Notes: generated from the sequence alone by a model not told the origin. A DNA stretch of 55,959 nt from Cyanobacteria bacterium P01_H01_bin.74 (GCA_038745945.1 JBCDLA010000003.1:1-55959), one strand, 5' to 3'; numbered from the stretch's first letter, positions 19,967 to 30,738 are shown. A program made the numbers and translations.

Positions 19967-21532
19967 ATGACAACCAACACCATTGCCATAACGCCTGCTA
20001 ATACTCATTCACGCAAAAAAAAGCATGCTGCATTTAAATTCATTTGGGATACACTGGCTTGTTTCCGATCGGTTCAGCTTGCTATTGTTTTGCTTGTTTT
20101 ATTGCTTGTTGCCACAATGCTTGGTGTCTTAATTCCCCAACATGGCTTGGTAGAAATCACCCAGATTAAACAAAATTTTGGCAACAATTACCGAATGATG
20201 AATGCAATGGGCCTGTTTGACGTCTATTCATCCAGTTGGTTTATTGGGCTAGAGGTTCTTTTTTTCTTTAATATGCTGTTTGGCAGTTTCCAGTGGTTGC
20301 GACCTGCCTATATGGCAGCAACGCAGGTCATTTTCAAAACCCCCAATCAAGTCCGTACTGCTAAAAGCCATTGGGTGTTTTCAACAAAACAGCCCCAACA
20401 GATCTGCTTTTCCAGGATTAAAACACTTTTGCAAAAGCGAAATTACCGGGTTTACTTGCAAGAACAACCCCATTTGTCAGAAGAAAATCAGACAACCAAC
20501 AAAAACAGAAGTTATCAAATTTACGCAACAAAAGCCCCTTGGAGTAGGCTAGGCCCTGTTGTTGTTCACTTTGGCATTGTCATGATGTTGTTATCCTCTG
20601 TTTTTGGCGCATTTTTTGGGTTTAAAGCCCAAAAACTTGTGTCTCCCGGAGAAAGCTTTAAAATTGAAGACAGTGAGTTTTTTAAAGCCAATGCAAATCC
20701 TGCAGTTTGGCTAGGTCAAGTGCCAGATTGGCGAATTAAAGTCAACGACTTCAAAATTGAATATTACCCTGACAACACAAAGACTGTGGGCAATGCCCCA
20801 AACCCTGTAAAGCAGTATTATGCAGATCTCAGTGTTCACTCACCATCAGGAAAATTAATAAAGCAGCAAACAATTTCTGTTAACCACCCGCTTAGTGTGG
20901 GCAGTACAGTTTTCTATCAGGCAAGCTTTAAACCCACAGGCAAACTGTTTTTGTCGGTTAATGGAAAACCTCGCCCTGTTGAAATTAATACAACATTTAT
21001 GAACCGGCAAGTCAGTTATACTGAGTTAAGCCCTGAGTTAATAATGCTTGTTTTTCCTTTTTTCGTTCAACAGGATCCTGGTGTTCAAAAAAATAATGTG
21101 GTGATTTTTTTAAGAGATAAAGAGGGCTTTGTTGGTCAAAAACCCGGACAAATGCCTCCCAATTTGCGCTTAGCTGAAGGGCAAATTGGGACGCTTCACA
21201 ACATGACTTTTGAGTATAAAAAGGCTGAGTACGCAACCGGACTCCAGATTAAACACGGGCCTGAAGTTCCCTGGATTTATACGGCCTTTATCATTATTGC
21301 AATAGGAATGGGAATGAGTATTTTTTCACAGCGACAACTGTGGATTACTTTGGATGAAAAATTACCTGAAAAACCAAATGAATTGTTAGTTCTGTATAAA
21401 ACCCGGAAAGCCAAAAGCAGTTTTTACAAAGAACTGAAAGAAATTGAAGCTGAACTCAAGAATGACAATATTGTTGAAAAGTCAGATAAAAACAATTTCA
21501 ACCCGCATAAACCATCTCAGGAGGCCGTTTAA
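19967..21532 (+). CDS. ccsB: Cytochrome c biogenesis protein CcsB/ResB (System II)
   Basis: 521 aa. N-terminal TM helices with ..FRSVQLAIVLL..., a large soluble loop, a C-terminal TM helix, and a position immediately upstream of ccsA. Confidence 0.85.
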   Translation: MTTNTIAITPANTHSRKKKHAAFKFIWDTLACFRSVQLAIVLLVLLLVATMLGVLIPQHGLVEITQIKQNFGNNYRMMNAMGLFDVYSSSWFIGLEVLFFFNMLFGSFQWLRPAYMAATQVIFKTPNQVRTAKSHWVFSTKQPQQICFSRIKTLLQKRNYRVYLQEQPHLSEENQTTNKNRSYQIYATKAPWSRLGPVVVHFGIVMMLLSSVFGAFFGFKAQKLVSPGESFKIEDSEFFKANANPAVWLGQVPDWRIKVNDFKIEYYPDNTKTVGNAPNPVKQYYADLSVHSPSGKLIKQQTISVNHPLSVGSTVFYQASFKPTGKLFLSVNGKPRPVEINTTFMNRQVSYTELSPELIMLVFPFFVQQDPGVQKNNVVIFLRDKEGFVGQKPGQMPPNLRLAEGQIGTLHNMTFEYKKAEYATGLQIKHGPEVPWIYTAFIIIAIGMGMSIFSQRQLWITLDEKLPEKPNELLVLYKTRKAKSSFYKELKEIEAELKNDNIVEKSDKNNFNPHKPSQEAV

Positions 21533-21537
21533 AAGCG

Positions 21538-22410
21538 ATGACAGCTGAATCCTGGGAGCAAAACTGGTACTATTCTGCCTTATTTTTTTTATTCATTGCA
21601 TTGGCTTTCTATGGGGCTTTAATCATAAAACCCAATCCCCGATTTAAAGAAGGTGGATGGGGTTGTGTCGTATTATCTTGTTTATGTTTAATAGCTTCTC
21701 TGTTTGTGCGGTCTCAAAATGCGCAGTATTTTGCACTTTCAAATATGTATGAGTCGTTATTGACCGTTTCCATTGGTATTCATCTTGCTTTTTTAACCCT
21801 GGATCGATGGTTTAATCTCAAACTGCTGGGCCTTCCGGTTATCTGCCTGCTTCTTTTTTCACTGTTTTATAACTTGCAACTGCCAACAGAAATTCATCCC
21901 CTACAGCCTGCTTTGCAAAGTTACTGGCGCAGCATTCATGTCCCCATCATTCTATTATCTTATGCTTTGTTTACACTCAGTTTTATCAGTGCCATTGTAT
22001 TTTTAATAAAAGACGCCTTGGAGCCCAAATACCAGCCAATCACTGAAAACTTTACGCTAATGTTAGGCGCGGGTGGCATGCCTGAACGCCAAGAATTTGC
22101 CAAGCTGTATGATGAGATTACATACCGTTGCATAGCTTTTGGTGTCCCTTTACTCACATTGGGAATTATTTTAGGCGGAATGTGGGCCAATGAAGCTTGG
22201 GGCAATTACTGGAGCTGGGATCCCAAGGAATCAATGAGTCTCGTCACGCTGTTGGGCTACGGGGTTTATTTGCACATGCGCGTCAGTGAGTCTTACAGTG
22301 CCAAAGTACTTGCGTGGGTTTCTGTTATTGGGTTTATGTTAATGCTAATCACGTATTTTGGCGTTAATTTAATGGGTGTTGGTCTGCACAGTTATGGCAA
22401 GATTGGCTGA
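21538..22410 (+). CDS. ccsA: Cytochrome c biogenesis protein CcsA/ResC (heme handling, System II)
   Basis: Tryptophan-rich WWD-type motif WANEAWGNYWSWDPKE. Polytopic membrane protein of 290 aa. Confidence 0.9.
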   Translation: MTAESWEQNWYYSALFFLFIALAFYGALIIKPNPRFKEGGWGCVVLSCLCLIASLFVRSQNAQYFALSNMYESLLTVSIGIHLAFLTLDRWFNLKLLGLPVICLLLFSLFYNLQLPTEIHPLQPALQSYWRSIHVPIILLSYALFTLSFISAIVFLIKDALEPKYQPITENFTLMLGAGGMPERQEFAKLYDEITYRCIAFGVPLLTLGIILGGMWANEAWGNYWSWDPKESMSLVTLLGYGVYLHMRVSESYSAKVLAWVSVIGFMLMLITYFGVNLMGVGLHSYGKIG

Positions 22411-22854
22411 TTATTTTTAATATTTAATTTATTGTATTTCCAACTTAAAACAACTATGAAAAAGACTTGAACTGGTTAGCCCAGGTATAGCTGTAAGCAA
22501 TTATTGCCTAAGATATCCAACAGTATATTTTTATAAGTAATAGAAGCTTAAAAGCGATCGGATTCACCTGTAAAAGAGTACTTCATAATTAATTACAATT
22601 GAGCAAGTGGGGTTAGGGTTTTGGTTTTACTAGTATACTAACCAAATCATTTTTAACGGCTTTAGAGAATGCCAGAATATTTCTTGGTAATGCCATTGAA
22701 CCGTTTTGCAATTTAGAATCTAATACCCGTCTTCAGATCAACTGTATCCTTCAGTTTTGCATTGTATTCTGCTTGCCTTTTGCACAGAACACAACGCAGA
22801 AAATGTAGACGAGCCTTTGTTTTATACACTGATATCCTCAAGCGGAATTTAGCG

Positions 22855-23685
22855 ATGATCCCTTCCTCCCTTGCACAACGTCCCCAAAAAGTTATGGCCC
22901 ATACGAGCCAACGGTTTGGCTTGTCTGCCTCCAAACAAGCAACAGATACAGCAGTGCGTGTCTTAAAAGCAAACCTGTCAGAAGTTGCATCCAGCAGTTT
23001 GCCCATAAAAAGTATCCCAGAGGCGAAATATTTGTTGGCAACCACATTTACGGATCTTTTCCCGCTTTTTGGAGCCCCAAAAAGCCTGGTAACCGCTGTT
23101 CCATTGGCGTTTATTTCAGGTCATTTAGGCCGTTTTATTGCAAAAAACCTAAAACCCCAAGATTTTACGAACCCCAGTCCATTGGTTAAACATGTGCATG
23201 ACGCTAGCCGGTTGCTTCGTCGAAATCCTGCATTGACCGATGAAATGAAATTGCCAAATGTTATTAATGATTGGCTGGAAACTACTTTTCAAGCCAAGCC
23301 AGGCAACCCGCATCTTGCGTCATTTTTTAAGCATTACATCAAAGGGCCAATCAGTCGATGGTCAAAAGGGGCGCTATGTAACAGTGAGTACCTGCTGCGC
23401 AAACAAATCACACATTCAGTAGCCAATGCCAAATCAGTGGGTGAAGCTGTAAAAACAGTACTGTGGGGTAGCAAGCAGTTTATGGTTTATCAGAAACTTG
23501 CCCCTGCCATTGGGCGGACTTTAAAAGCCGTTTATGATTGGTTACCCGGCATTATAAAAATGCCTATACGATGGGCTATTGGCGTTGCTAACACATACGG
23601 AATGTCACCTTTTGGAGAAGGAGTGGCTGGTGCAATGTTCCCCAAACACTGGAACAGTGAATACCGTCGAATTCACCGCAAGTAG
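22855..23685 (+). CDS. Hypothetical protein
   Basis: The track ORF starts at a TTG (22762). The first in-frame ATG is at 22855, and 22894 is also possible. No recognisable motif; one or two hydrophobic stretches. Confidence 0.5.
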   Translation: MIPSSLAQRPQKVMAHTSQRFGLSASKQATDTAVRVLKANLSEVASSSLPIKSIPEAKYLLATTFTDLFPLFGAPKSLVTAVPLAFISGHLGRFIAKNLKPQDFTNPSPLVKHVHDASRLLRRNPALTDEMKLPNVINDWLETTFQAKPGNPHLASFFKHYIKGPISRWSKGALCNSEYLLRKQITHSVANAKSVGEAVKTVLWGSKQFMVYQKLAPAIGRTLKAVYDWLPGIIKMPIRWAIGVANTYGMSPFGEGVAGAMFPKHWNSEYRRIHRK

Positions 23686-23696
23686 TAGAAATACAG

Positions 23697-24401
23697 TTAA
23701 CTTGACGATTCGTGGAAGAAACCGCCACCACAGACCAACTCAACCACTTTTAGTAAGAAGCGCCGAGGGGCATCTGCTTGGTGAAAAAAAACTTCTTCCC
23801 CGTCCCTGTGCTTAATATTCATTACTGCTGGGGCTGTGGGATCGGCTGGCACAAACAACGATGCAATTTCTTGTTGCAACAACCCTGAAAAATTGGCCGA
23901 CTGCAAATGACTGCGCGGATCCAGAAAATCCCCGTTGAGGGCAACAATGCGTCCGGTAAACAATGGCACCCGCCCAGGCCGGTTTAGTGCCAGTGGCTTG
24001 GTATTGCCCCGGGTCGTAAAACTGATGGAATGCCATAAGATGGTTAAAATACCTACAGAACGATCCGGATCTACCTGTGATTGTATTCGAACCGCTGCGT
24101 CCTTCTTACTTTCATTCAGCTTGTTTTCATTCAGCTGAAAAATAAAAGCCTGCTCAAAGCAGTCTACAAAATTTTCAAGATCGCCCAGCAACAATTCAAA
24201 GACCTGACGTGTATTTTTCATGGCTGCATCATGTTCTTTTAGCTGGTTGTGCATATGCAGGGCTAATGTATCCACTTTTTGCTGAATGGCACGCACGGCA
24301 TTGGCTTCATAAAATGTACTGCCAGGCCATTCCGGCTTGTTTTCAGGCAATGAAAGCCCCGGTTTGAGCGATTGACTCATTTTTTTGTCTGGATAGTGCA
24401 T
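23697..24401 (-). CDS. Hypothetical protein (N-terminal helical region, C-terminal beta-rich region)
   Basis: 234-aa ORF with an ATG start, preceded by AAAGAGAGAAAAAAG (RBS-like). No recognisable family. Confidence 0.55.
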   Translation of the reverse strand: MHYPDKKMSQSLKPGLSLPENKPEWPGSTFYEANAVRAIQQKVDTLALHMHNQLKEHDAAMKNTRQVFELLLGDLENFVDCFEQAFIFQLNENKLNESKKDAAVRIQSQVDPDRSVGILTILWHSISFTTRGNTKPLALNRPGRVPLFTGRIVALNGDFLDPRSHLQSANFSGLLQQEIASLFVPADPTAPAVMNIKHRDGEEVFFHQADAPRRFLLKVVELVCGGGFFHESSS

Positions 24402-24447
24402 TATCTTTTTTCTCTCTTTGAAAACAGCCAGTCTGAAACCAGCCAGT

Positions 24448-25782
24448 TTATAAGCCAGTTATTGGAGACTGCATTTGAGGGGTTACCGTTTGTCTGCCAA
24501 TACTGACATACGTGTAGCCTAGGTTGGTCATCCGCTTGAGTGAGTACAAATTTCGTCCATCAACGATGAGACGGCAATCACTTTCTTGCCGAAGTTTAGT
24601 GAAATTAATGTAAGCAAACTCATCCCACTCCGTGAGAATGGCAATGGCATCGGCCCCTTTGGCAGCATCGTAGGCACTGTCGCAATAGGTCAATTTTGGC
24701 AATTGCTCTTTGGCTTTGGCCATTGATAGCGGATCGTAAACCCGAATGTTGGCCCCGCGGTTTTCGAGCCCGCGAATAATGGTAAAACTGGGAATGTCAC
24801 GAAGATCGTTGGTTTTGGGCCGGTAAGAGATTCCCCAGATGGCAATGGTTTTCCCTTCCAGATGGTTATCCAGAGCAGCGTCTAGTTTTTCAATAAAACT
24901 GATGCGCTGGTAACGGTTAATGTGGTCCACCTGCTTCAGTAAATCAAGGTTAATGTGGTATTCATCGGCAATATTGAGTAACGAGTTAATGTCCTTGGGG
25001 AAGAAGATCCCCCCATATCCAATACCTGCATTGAGATACGATGAATCAATACGGTGATCCAGGCCTAAACCGCGTGATACAGCGTTGATATCAGCCCCTG
25101 TTTTTTCACAGATTTGTGCAATGGAGTTGATAAATGAAATTTTTGTCGCCAGAAATGCATTGGTTGCATGCTTGATGAGCTCAGCACTATTCACATCAGT
25201 TACCAATATCGGAGCATTCAGAGGCTGGTAAATTTCCATAATGGTGTCCAGGGCCTTTTTGCTGTCAGCCCCAATAATAATGCGGTCCGGGTGCATAAAG
25301 TCCTGCACGGCATGGCCTTCGCGTAAAAACTGCGGAACAGCGGCAATGTCAAAGTCCACTTCTCCAGTCACATGCTCGCACAGCAACGAAGACAACCATG
25401 TGCCTGTTTTAATGGGCAGTGTGCTTTTTTCAATAATCAACCGATAGCCGTCCATGCCAGCAGCAATATCTTTTACCGCCATTGTGAGGGCACTGAAATC
25501 AGGTTTGCCTGTGGGCAAAATGGGGGTGCCAATACACAAAAAGATCACCGCAGACGACTTTACAGCACTAACAATATCGGTGGTAAATGCCAGACGGCCT
25601 TCTTCAAGATTACCGCGGATCATGGGGGACAAGGCTTCTTCAAAAAACGAGACTTCACCTTTCTGAAGCCCTGCGATGTGAGAGACTTTGGCATCTGCAC
25701 AAATAACCTGATGCCCCAGTTCAGCCAGACAAGTCCCCGTTACGGTACCAACATACCCTGAACCAATGATTGTTATTTTCAC
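24448..25782 (-). CDS. ugd: UDP-glucose 6-dehydrogenase
   Basis: KITIIGSGYVGTVTGTCLAELGH Rossmann motif and a catalytic-Cys region (GIGYGG.FFPKD variant). The internal GTG at 25782 (MKITIIG..., with GAGG 9 nt upstream) is preferred over the longest-ORF GTG at 25797. Confidence 0.9.
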   Translation of the reverse strand: MKITIIGSGYVGTVTGTCLAELGHQVICADAKVSHIAGLQKGEVSFFEEALSPMIRGNLEEGRLAFTTDIVSAVKSSAVIFLCIGTPILPTGKPDFSALTMAVKDIAAGMDGYRLIIEKSTLPIKTGTWLSSLLCEHVTGEVDFDIAAVPQFLREGHAVQDFMHPDRIIIGADSKKALDTIMEIYQPLNAPILVTDVNSAELIKHATNAFLATKISFINSIAQICEKTGADINAVSRGLGLDHRIDSSYLNAGIGYGGIFFPKDINSLLNIADEYHINLDLLKQVDHINRYQRISFIEKLDAALDNHLEGKTIAIWGISYRPKTNDLRDIPSFTIIRGLENRGANIRVYDPLSMAKAKEQLPKLTYCDSAYDAAKGADAIAILTEWDEFAYINFTKLRQESDCRLIVDGRNLYSLKRMTNLGYTYVSIGRQTVTPQMQSPITGL

Positions 25783-25803
25783 AAGCGCTTGCCTCACTGC
25801 TTG

Positions 25804-25859
25804 ATAGAGTTAATAGAATAGAGTTAATAGAATAGAGTTAATAGAATAGAGTTAATAGA
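25804..25859. repeat. Four perfect tandem copies of a 14-bp unit (ATAGAGTTAATAGA)
   Basis: Read directly from the sequence at 25804-25817, 25818-25831, 25832-25845 and 25846-25859. The block lies between the gyrA stop (25915) and the ugd start (25782/25797). Confidence 0.95.
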
Positions 25860-25914
25860 ACTGACGAATCCAATAAAATGAACAGACGATTTACGCGAAA
25901 CAATAGTTACAAAA

Positions 25915-28422
25915 TTACCGGGCTAGATCTTGATCCAGAACAGGCAGTACATCTTTTTCAAGCGACACAACCTTGGTGACAGAGGCAACAAAGTCGTTTT
26001 CATCCAGGTTTTGCAATCGAACGCCGGTGGCCATACGCCCCTGACGGGAAATATCGGAGGCTGTCAACCGAACGACTACCCCGTTTGCACTCACAAGCAT
26101 TAGTTCATCATCGTGATTGACGATGGCAATATTGGTTACCCGGCTTTGTGCATTTTTAAACTTGGTGGAGATCAGACCAATTCCGCCGCGGTTTTGTGTT
26201 CTAAACTCAGAGACACTGGTTCGTTTGCCAAAGCCATCGTTTGTAATGACCAGCACATCACAATTCGTGACATCGGCAGGCATTACACTGAAATCCACAA
26301 TAGAATCCCCGGCACGCATTTTCATTGACGTCACCCCTCGGGCCGTTCTGCCCATCGGGCGCAGATCACTGACCGCAAACCGAATGGCCATCCCTAAACT
26401 TGATCCGATTAAGAGGTGTTCTTGATCGCTGGAGCGCAAGACCCAGCCCAGCTGATCGCTGTCTTCAAGGCCAATGGCAATGATGCCGTTACGACGAATA
26501 TTTTCAAAGTGGCTCAACTGAATTTTTTTGATCCAGCCTTTTTTGGTCAGCATAATCAAATGATCATCGTCATTGTACTTGTCAAGGGGCAGTACCGCTG
26601 TAATAAATTCATCCTGCTCAAGCGCCAGTAAGTTGATAATGGCCAGCCCTTTGGCAGTCCGTCCGCCCTCTGGCAGGTCATAAACCCGAAGCCCATACGC
26701 ACGCCCTTTGCTGGTAAAAAACAGCACATGGCTGTGCATGCCTGCTGAGAAGAAATGCGTGACATCGTCTTCTTCTCGGGTTTTAATGGCACCTTTCCCC
26801 CGGGTTGCTCTGCTTTGCCGCTCGAAAGTATCTAGTGAAATCCGCTTAATGTAGCCCTGCTGCGTGATAAAAACAGCCATGGCGTCATTGGGGGTCAAAT
26901 CTTCAATGCTGAAACCATCGGTCTCATCAGGAATGATTGTGGTTTTTCTGGCATCCCCGTATTCTGCCCGGACTGCTTCCAACTCTGTTTTGATAATACT
27001 CAACACACGAACACGGCTGCTTAGAATGCTTTCATAATCAGCAATTTTTTCCATTAATTCGGTGTATTCTGCATTAATTTTTTCACGCTCTAAACCGGTT
27101 AACCGCCGCAATTGCATTTCAAGGATGGCATTGGCCTGATCGAGATCCAGGCTGTACTGGGTTGTTAATTTTTCACGGGCATTGTCTGCAGAACTGGCAT
27201 TGCGAATCAGGGCGATAATATTGTCCAAGTCCCCCAAAGCAATCATCAGGCCCGATAAAATATGAACCCGAACCTGGGCTTTTTTCAGCAGAAAGTTGGT
27301 CCGGCGGACAATGACATCCACCCGGTGCTCAATAAACTCACTGATAATATCGGTAATATTTAATAAACGCGGCTGATTATTGACCAGGGCCAGCATATTC
27401 ACGCCAAACGTGGTCTGTAACTGGGTGTACTTATACAGGTTGCGCAACACCACATCGGGCTTGGCATCGCGTTTCAGCTCTATGACAAGTCGCATACCGT
27501 CACGATCCGACTCGTTGCGCAAATCACTGATGCCATCCAGTTTTTTATCGCGAACCAGATCGGCCATTTTTTCAATCAAATTACTGATATTCACCTGAAA
27601 TGGCGATTCAGTCACCACAATGGCTGTTCGCTCCTGACGGCCTGCACTACCCGGTATTTGCTCAATGGCAGTAACAGACCGCATTAAAACACTGCCGCGG
27701 CCGGTTTCAAATGCACTTTTAATTCCAGAGTACCCAACAATCTGAGCCCCAGTCGGAAAATCAGGGCCTTTAACGTATTGCATCATATCAATTGGGGTTA
27801 AAGTGGGGTCATCAATGTAAGCGCAAACCCCGTCCACCAACTCACTTAAATTAAACGGCGGAATATTGGTTGCCATCCCCACAGCAATCCCGCTGGATCC
27901 GTTGAGCAGCAGCATCGGCAACCGGCATGGCAATACCGAAGGCTCTTCTTCAGAATCATCGTAGTTGGGCACAAAATTAACCGTGTCCAGCTCAATGTCT
28001 TGCAACATGGTCGTAGCAACCGGGGTTAGCTTACACTCAGTGTAGCGCATGGCAGCCGCGTTGTCCCCTTCAATGCTGCCAAAATTGCCATGGCCGTTAA
28101 CCAGCGGGTAACGGCTTGAGAAATCCTGTGCTAACCGGACCAGCGCATCATACACAGCGGTATCCCCGTGTGGGTGGTATTTACCCAGCACTTCCCCAAC
28201 CACTTTGGCGCATTTCTTAAAGGCTTTTTCAGGCGAAAGCCCCATTTCATGCATGGCGTAAAGAATGCGTCGGTGAACCGGTTTCAATCCATCACGTACA
28301 TCCGGCAGAGCCCGCCCCACAATAACAGACATGGCATAATCTATATAAGACCGGCGCATTTCATCACGAATGCTAATAGGAACGATTTTGCCATCGCCAA
28401 AAACTTTTTGCTGAGAACTCAA
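25915..28422 (-). CDS. gyrA: DNA gyrase subunit A
   Basis: 835 aa with [28 protein letters not shown], the active-site region AAMRYTE and C-terminal beta-pinwheel repeats. The only start compatible with the conserved N-terminus is the TTG at 28422. Confidence 0.95.
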   Translation of the reverse strand: MSSQQKVFGDGKIVPISIRDEMRRSYIDYAMSVIVGRALPDVRDGLKPVHRRILYAMHEMGLSPEKAFKKCAKVVGEVLGKYHPHGDTAVYDALVRLAQDFSSRYPLVNGHGNFGSIEGDNAAAMRYTECKLTPVATTMLQDIELDTVNFVPNYDDSEEEPSVLPCRLPMLLLNGSSGIAVGMATNIPPFNLSELVDGVCAYIDDPTLTPIDMMQYVKGPDFPTGAQIVGYSGIKSAFETGRGSVLMRSVTAIEQIPGSAGRQERTAIVVTESPFQVNISNLIEKMADLVRDKKLDGISDLRNESDRDGMRLVIELKRDAKPDVVLRNLYKYTQLQTTFGVNMLALVNNQPRLLNITDIISEFIEHRVDVIVRRTNFLLKKAQVRVHILSGLMIALGDLDNIIALIRNASSADNAREKLTTQYSLDLDQANAILEMQLRRLTGLEREKINAEYTELMEKIADYESILSSRVRVLSIIKTELEAVRAEYGDARKTTIIPDETDGFSIEDLTPNDAMAVFITQQGYIKRISLDTFERQSRATRGKGAIKTREEDDVTHFFSAGMHSHVLFFTSKGRAYGLRVYDLPEGGRTAKGLAIINLLALEQDEFITAVLPLDKYNDDDHLIMLTKKGWIKKIQLSHFENIRRNGIIAIGLEDSDQLGWVLRSSDQEHLLIGSSLGMAIRFAVSDLRPMGRTARGVTSMKMRAGDSIVDFSVMPADVTNCDVLVITNDGFGKRTSVSEFRTQNRGGIGLISTKFKNAQSRVTNIAIVNHDDELMLVSANGVVVRLTASDISRQGRMATGVRLQNLDENDFVASVTKVVSLEKDVLPVLDQDLAR

Positions 28423-28919
28423 GGGATCTGCCTTTCAACCTGGAAGCTTGTTCGGGAAAAAGCTTGTGTCAATTAATACAATTGCTTCGATTTTTTTTGC
28501 TGCGTCTGATTAAGTTTTATTATACTCCAAATACACCCAATTGCCAGTGTGCCCAGAGCCTCATGCTCTTTTCAAATTTTAATTGGGTAGGGGCAATTTT
28601 TTAAGGTCACACTGGCAGAAAAAAACGGTATAATAAAAGCAACAATCAATACATTAACAATCAATCCATTTAAGTGCAGTTCATAAGTAGCCCAAGCGAC
28701 TTTAAGGAATAGAGTTCCCCCAATTTTTCTTGGGCGTTATCCAATCTTTGTGTTTTTTGATGAAATTCTCGTTTTTTAAATAAATTTTATGATTGCGTTT
28801 TTTACTGTTTAAAGTTAATCCAGGGGATACCGTGTATTCATTTTTAACGCTCGTTTTTTTAATGATCGTGTTTTTTTAATGTTCGTATTGTTTAATAAAA
28901 AGGATGAAACACCACATTG

Positions 28920-30665
28920 ATGATGAAAAAGACCAGTGCATTAAATCAACTTTACTTGCAACCCGTCAATGCCTTGTCACTGAATAAAAGCTCTGAACCT
29001 ATTATAGACAGCCTTTTTAACCAACAAGAGGAAAGCCCAATTTCAACTGATTTACAATCTCTGATTGACGTTTTACCCGCGGAAATTCAAGCCGCTCTAA
29101 TGCGCATGCCCCTGGATGACCTTATTGAAATTATCCTCGATCTTGGGCGTCCTGCAGAAGCCCGTTTTGCTGCCCGCCTTTCAGAAAGCAATATTGTGGC
29201 TCTCTCACAGGCTCAGATTACGCAAGATGAAATTAATCACGTTGTTCAATTTATGGGGGCTTTTACCAGCGACAACCGGGCAGGTATCCCCAGAACATTA
29301 CACCGAATTAGTGCAATGCGAAACCGCCAGGGAGAAGTTGTGGGCCTGACCTGCCGGGTGGGTAAAGTGGTTACAGGCACAGTCGATCCCATTAAAGATA
29401 TCATTGAGTCCGGGAAAAGTGTTCTGCTGCTTGGTCGGCCTGGGGTGGGCAAAACGTCGAGGCTGCGGGAAGTTGCCCGCTTAATGGCCAATGAGGCCAA
29501 CAAGCGGGTTGTGATTGTTGATACATCCAATGAAATTGCAGGTGACGGGGATATTCCGCATCCGGCAGTGGGCAGGGCCCGCCGCATTCAGGTGCCGATG
29601 CGTGAACGCCAGCGGGAAACCATGATTGAAGCGGTTCAAAACCACACGCCAGAAGTTATTATTGTGGATGAAATTGGGACGGAAGAAGAGGCACTGGCTT
29701 CCAGGACCATTGCTGAACGCGGGGTGATTTTAATTGCCACCGCCCACGGGCACAGTCTGGAAAACTTAATTAAAAACCCCATGCTGTCTGACTTGGTGGG
29801 TGGCATAGAGACCGTGACGCTTGGCGATGAAGAAGCCCGGCGCAGAAGTTCTCAGAAGACGGTTCTGGAGCGCTCTCAAAAACCCACCTTTGATATCTGT
29901 ATTGAAATACGGGATCGTCATACACTGGCTGTTTACCCGGATGTTGCTGAAGCGGTGGATCACCTGCTGCGGGGCTGGACCTTATTTCCTGAAATTCGGA
30001 AAACAGACACAGAGACAGGGGCAACCCGGGTTCTAAAAACCAAGTTTGAGCCAGACATTCATGAAGGCCTCTTGGAACAAAACCCGCTGCAAAGCATGGT
30101 AGGAAATCCAATGATGAAAGCCCATGTTCGAGACGGGGCGCCTATTCCTGCTGGACAACAAGAATACCGTCTTTACCTTTATGGGGTCAGTAAGGCATAC
30201 ATCGATCAAATACTGGAACGCCTTGGCCTGCATCATGTGCGGATCAGTAAAAATGTGTATGATGCCAATGCCATTATTGCCCTCAAAAGCAGTATAAGGC
30301 CTGGATCCAAAATGATGCAGCTGGCTGAAGATTATGAAGTGCCTGTTTTTTACACCAAAGCAAACACGATGCCGCAAATTCAACGGGCGCTTCGTGAAGC
30401 CATGAACGCAGATGTTGGGGCTTTTGCAGATCAGTTCTCCAGGCAGGCTGAGCATAGTGAAGATGAGTTAACGCTGGCAATGAAAGAAGTGGAAGCGGCT
30501 GTTAAAAACATTCAGGAAACCCAGCAAGCCCAGGAGCTATCGCCCCGGCGGTCTTATATTCGGCGGATTCAGCATGAATATGTCGAAAAAAATCGATTAA
30601 CCAGTATAAGTGTTGGGGATGAGCCCAACCGTCGTTTAAAAGTGATGCCTTTGTCTGCCGATTAA
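28920..30665 (+). CDS. ycf45: Ycf45-type AAA ATPase with a C-terminal R3H domain (SpoIIIAA-like)
   Basis: LDLGRPAEARF, Walker A LLLGRPGVGKTS, VVIVDTSNEIAGDGDIPHP, Walker B IIVDEIGT, and a C-terminal R3H-like segment (SYIRRIQHEYVEKNRLTSISVGDEPNRRLKV). Confidence 0.85.
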   Translation: MMKKTSALNQLYLQPVNALSLNKSSEPIIDSLFNQQEESPISTDLQSLIDVLPAEIQAALMRMPLDDLIEIILDLGRPAEARFAARLSESNIVALSQAQITQDEINHVVQFMGAFTSDNRAGIPRTLHRISAMRNRQGEVVGLTCRVGKVVTGTVDPIKDIIESGKSVLLLGRPGVGKTSRLREVARLMANEANKRVVIVDTSNEIAGDGDIPHPAVGRARRIQVPMRERQRETMIEAVQNHTPEVIIVDEIGTEEEALASRTIAERGVILIATAHGHSLENLIKNPMLSDLVGGIETVTLGDEEARRRSSQKTVLERSQKPTFDICIEIRDRHTLAVYPDVAEAVDHLLRGWTLFPEIRKTDTETGATRVLKTKFEPDIHEGLLEQNPLQSMVGNPMMKAHVRDGAPIPAGQQEYRLYLYGVSKAYIDQILERLGLHHVRISKNVYDANAIIALKSSIRPGSKMMQLAEDYEVPVFYTKANTMPQIQRALREAMNADVGAFADQFSRQAEHSEDELTLAMKEVEAAVKNIQETQQAQELSPRRSYIRRIQHEYVEKNRLTSISVGDEPNRRLKVMPLSAD

Positions 30666-30738
30666 TGAACGAAGAAGATACGCTTTCATGCGGCACCAAC
30701 TGTTTTAAAATGCGTTTAATCAAGCGTTAAAAACTGCT

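Noticed and set aside
22713-23045. 110-aa minus-strand ORF overlapping the 5' part of the 22762/22855 ORF
   Set aside because: It cannot be distinguished from a shadow ORF by eye. The plus-strand frame is much longer, so I kept that one at moderate confidence.
25804-25859. Possible CRISPR array
   Set aside because: The repeats are only 14 bp and directly abut one another with no spacers. No cas genes are nearby, so this is a simple tandem repeat.
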